DNA of 64,000 nt from Escherichia phage ECp13: sequence record PP274704.1; one strand, given 5' to 3'. Positions 61,225 to 64,000 of this stretch are shown in pieces. The first letter of the stretch is position 1; each line of letters opens with the position of its first letter. The position numbers and the translations under genes were made by a program. The notes below the pieces were generated by a model. That model ran no database searches. It was not told where the DNA came from and worked only from the letters and a program-made list of their open reading frames with translations.

Positions 61225-64000
61225 TTATTCAACCCATTCAAATTTAACCGTTTTATTCACTGGGTCAGGAATAATGCGAACATTACCAATTCGTAAGAAA
61301 TCACGAATAGTAAGATTCCCCATTATAGCATTATCAGATGGTAAAGCACCGATATCAGATGGCTGAGGAGGGTTACCTCCATCAAATACCTGAACAAAAC
61401 TTGACCAAGAGTTTTTGGTTTTCTGCCATGTACGCGTCCAGCGAGTGGTACGTGCTTCTGGAGTCGTTGGATAAGTAATCCAATCTTGGTAAAGTGAATC
61501 GAGTGTGTTACCAAACTGAGTCAATGTACCAGGAGATTTAACCTCTTCGCCACGTTCTAAGTATGGAAGCCCAGTCACTTCATTAGTTTTTTCAACCATT
61601 TCAAAATAACCCGGGAACTGGTTATAAGTGGCTGAATCATTAATATCGATTGACCAGAATCCTACAGTATCAGATGTTGGCGCACGGGTATATAAGTCAG
61701 ATGTTTTAACACCTTGAGAACGAATTCTCGAGTTAACAGTCAAACCACCTGAATTTATAGTAGCACCTTTGGCAATGATTAAGCTTTCACCAATCGTTAC
61801 TTGACCAGATGCATTATTAATAGTTAATGGACGTAATCCATTAAATCCACCAGTCTGATCGCCCGATGCAGTAAGCATAAAATTCGTTACTGACCCGTCA
61901 TTGCGAACAATAAAACCATAATTTCCGTTAATAGCACGGAAAGCATTTGCGCTTCGAGAAATAATTTCACCACTTGCAGTGACTGAATTACCAAATGTTG
62001 CTACACCATTTGCATTCAATGTTCCTAAAGCATTCACATTTATTGGCATTACAGTACCATTAATGCTAAATGCTATATTACCATCTTTATCGCGTTGAGA
62101 ATAAAAGTGATAAGATGTTTCATCACTAACTTCAAATACGGTAGAACGTGTTGTGTTTGATTCCCCACTAAATTGATTCCCCCACACGCTGACTGTCATC
62201 GTTTGAGCCGGGTTCGTTCCAGTTTGAGGTCCTTTCTCAAAAATCAGACGAGTTGCTGTTCCATCAGTATTAGAAATAGTTAGTGTACTATTTGCCGAAA
62301 CTGATCCACCAAACGTAGCAGTACTAGATGATACAAGAGGGGCACTCAGATTCGTTTGTTGTGTTAAGGTTAGTGAACCATTAACCGTCTGCGCAATATC
62401 CCTACGAATGAACTGGGATGAATCTAGACCATCCAATAAATTACTATCTGCAGCTTTTGCTTTTAACGGCAAATAATTTGCTAATACACGGTTTAATTCA
62501 TATGGCGATACTGCATAGCTATTTTTTTCGTATAATTCTAATGACTGTGTTGAACCAACGGTATCATTACCAACGAATGTAATTGAACCAGATGAAGTTT
62601 TAACAAAACCTCTTACCAGAGTAGTTGCTGCCCAAGTAGGTTCACTCTGTACAATCCATTTTAAATTTTTTGGAGATACAGCAGTATTTGCTGACGTTCC
62701 AGCTACAGTTTCAACCTGAGTTGCAACTTTAATAACGCCTTCTTGCGCTTCAGTAGATTTAGTACCTAAAAGCTTTTTAGGAGTTATTAGAACATTATCT
62801 AATGTTCCTGCAGCAGCTTCAACTTGTGTAGCCACACGAAGTGTACCACGCTGTGTCTCATTTGCTTCAAGAATATTAAGGGTATAATGGTCCCAGAGAG
62901 TTCCTGATTCAACTAATCCAGATAGAGCAACAACAGAAGTACGATCAGTACTATTAAATCTAGTTTTAATTTTTAATGGTGTAGAGATACGAGTATCGTC
63001 GACGCCTGCGTCGAATTCAACTTGTGTAGCAATTTCAGCTATACCACTTAAACTTTCAGTTGCTTTACGGTCATTTAAAGTTTTAGGAGTGACTGCACGA
63101 GTATAATCAGTTCCAGTATTAACTTCACTTTGCGTAGCAATTTCAATTAAACCAATTCTTCCATCAGTTGATGTCTTTTTATGTAACGTTTCTGGCGTTA
63201 CAACCGCATTTGCCCATCCTTCTTGACTCTGTCCAGCAATTACTTCACTTTCAACTGCTAAAATTACTGCGCCTTGCTGTGTTGGAGTAGCTTTATACTG
63301 ATCCAGTGCTTTAGGCGAAACAACTAAATTATTAGTGTTTTTATTGTAAACATTTGTACCATTTAATTCACGACTAGAAGCTGGAGTAGCTCCTGCAGTA
63401 GATACAAAGGTTACAATACCAGATAATGATTCAGAACCTTGTCGAGCTTGAAGCTTTTTAGGAGTGATGATTGTAGTATCATCAGTACCTGCGTTAGTTT
63501 CTTGCTGTGTAGCAATTTCAGCAACACCTCTACGAGTTTCTGTAGCAGTTCTTTCATTCAGCTTTTTAGGAGTGATGATAATATCGTCAGCAAAAGAGAA
63601 CGTAGTATCCTGATTCACTTGAGCGGTAGTTGCTATTCTTGCGATACCTCTACGAGTTTCTGTAGCAGTACGGTTAGCTAATGTTTCTGGAGTAATTGCT
63701 AATTCTTTTTGTGGAGAATTTTCTAAATCGACGTTAGCTTGAGCTTGTGTAGCTAAAGCAATTACACCTAATCTTGCTCTAGTAGAATTATTTAAAGAAT
63801 CGACTCTTTCAACCGTTGGAACGTTTTGCTGTACAACCCAGTATTTTCCGTCAGAATCTTCGATATAAGCAAGTTGTAAAACTGGAACATAATTAGTTTC
63901 ACCGTTAAAAACTAATTCTTGAACAGTCACCCATTCAGCCTCAGGCGGATATTCTGAACGTTTTGGGAATTGCAGCAATTGAACTGAAGAAGCAATTTTA
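61225..64000 (-). CDS. 34: long tail fibre proximal subunit gp34, 5' end beyond window
   Basis: open frame to window edge; the 917 aa in window match recalled T4 gp34 C-terminal region; track start at 63978 is a TTG artefact. Confidence 0.9.
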   Translation of the reverse strand, partial: KIASSVQLLQFPKRSEYPPEAEWVTVQELVFNGETNYVPVLQLAYIEDSDGKYWVVQQNVPTVERVDSLNNSTRARLGVIALATQAQANVDLENSPQKELAITPETLANRTATETRRGIARIATTAQVNQDTTFSFADDIIITPKKLNERTATETRRGVAEIATQQETNAGTDDTTIITPKKLQARQGSESLSGIVTFVSTAGATPASSRELNGTNVYNKNTNNLVVSPKALDQYKATPTQQGAVILAVESEVIAGQSQEGWANAVVTPETLHKKTSTDGRIGLIEIATQSEVNTGTDYTRAVTPKTLNDRKATESLSGIAEIATQVEFDAGVDDTRISTPLKIKTRFNSTDRTSVVALSGLVESGTLWDHYTLNILEANETQRGTLRVATQVEAAAGTLDNVLITPKKLLGTKSTEAQEGVIKVATQVETVAGTSANTAVSPKNLKWIVQSEPTWAATTLVRGFVKTSSGSITFVGNDTVGSTQSLELYEKNSYAVSPYELNRVLANYLPLKAKAADSNLLDGLDSSQFIRRDIAQTVNGSLTLTQQTNLSAPLVSSSTATFGGSVSANSTLTISNTDGTATRLIFEKGPQTGTNPAQTMTVSVWGNQFSGESNTTRSTVFEVSDETSYHFYSQRDKDGNIAFSINGTVMPINVNALGTLNANGVATFGNSVTASGEIISRSANAFRAINGNYGFIVRNDGSVTNFMLTASGDQTGGFNGLRPLTINNASGQVTIGESLIIAKGATINSGGLTVNSRIRSQGVKTSDLYTRAPTSDTVGFWSIDINDSATYNQFPGYFEMVEKTNEVTGLPYLERGEEVKSPGTLTQFGNTLDSLYQDWITYPTTPEARTTRWTRTWQKTKNSWSSFVQVFDGGNPPQPSDIGALPSDNAIMGNLTIRDFLRIGNVRIIPDPVNKTVKFEWVE

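Overview
This 64 kb window is a contiguous segment of a T-even (T4-like, Tequatrovirus) myophage genome, recognised by protein content and gene order recalled from T4; no search was run. About 54 kb of plus-strand early/middle genes run nrdC region, 49, nrdD, nrdG, nrdH-like, 55, a-gt, 47, 46, rpbA, 45, 44, 62, regA, 43, imm, 42, glucosyltransferase, uvsX, 40, 41, dmd/sp cluster, 61, 56, soc, modB, modA, srd-like, dda, dexA, motB, 39, rIIA, rIIB, denB, ndd, stp, 52, motA, asiA. The last 10 kb carries the minus-strand late genes t (holin) and long-tail-fibre genes 38, 37, 36, 35 and 34 (truncated at the window edge). The phage looks T2/T6-like rather than T4: gene 39 is a single 605-codon ORF (39+60 fused), nrdD is intronless, no homing-endonuclease genes are seen, gp38 is the long glycine-rich adhesin type, and the ORF between 42 and uvsX is a DxD glycosyltransferase unlike T4 beta-gt. 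Many GTTTAC-18-TATAAT early promoters, two TATAAATA late promoters and a family of GC-rich UUCG-loop hairpins are visible. No rRNA, tRNA, CRISPR array or integrase was found, and I do not see a convincing novel multi-gene system. The strongest anomalies are apparent single-nucleotide frame breaks in rIIA and in gene 56 (dCTPase), a convergent minus-strand membrane ORF between 61 and 56, and repeated promoter cassettes and inverted repeats in the small-ORF regions. Product names rest on recalled T4 protein sequences and lengths; all coordinates were checked by hand against the sequence.
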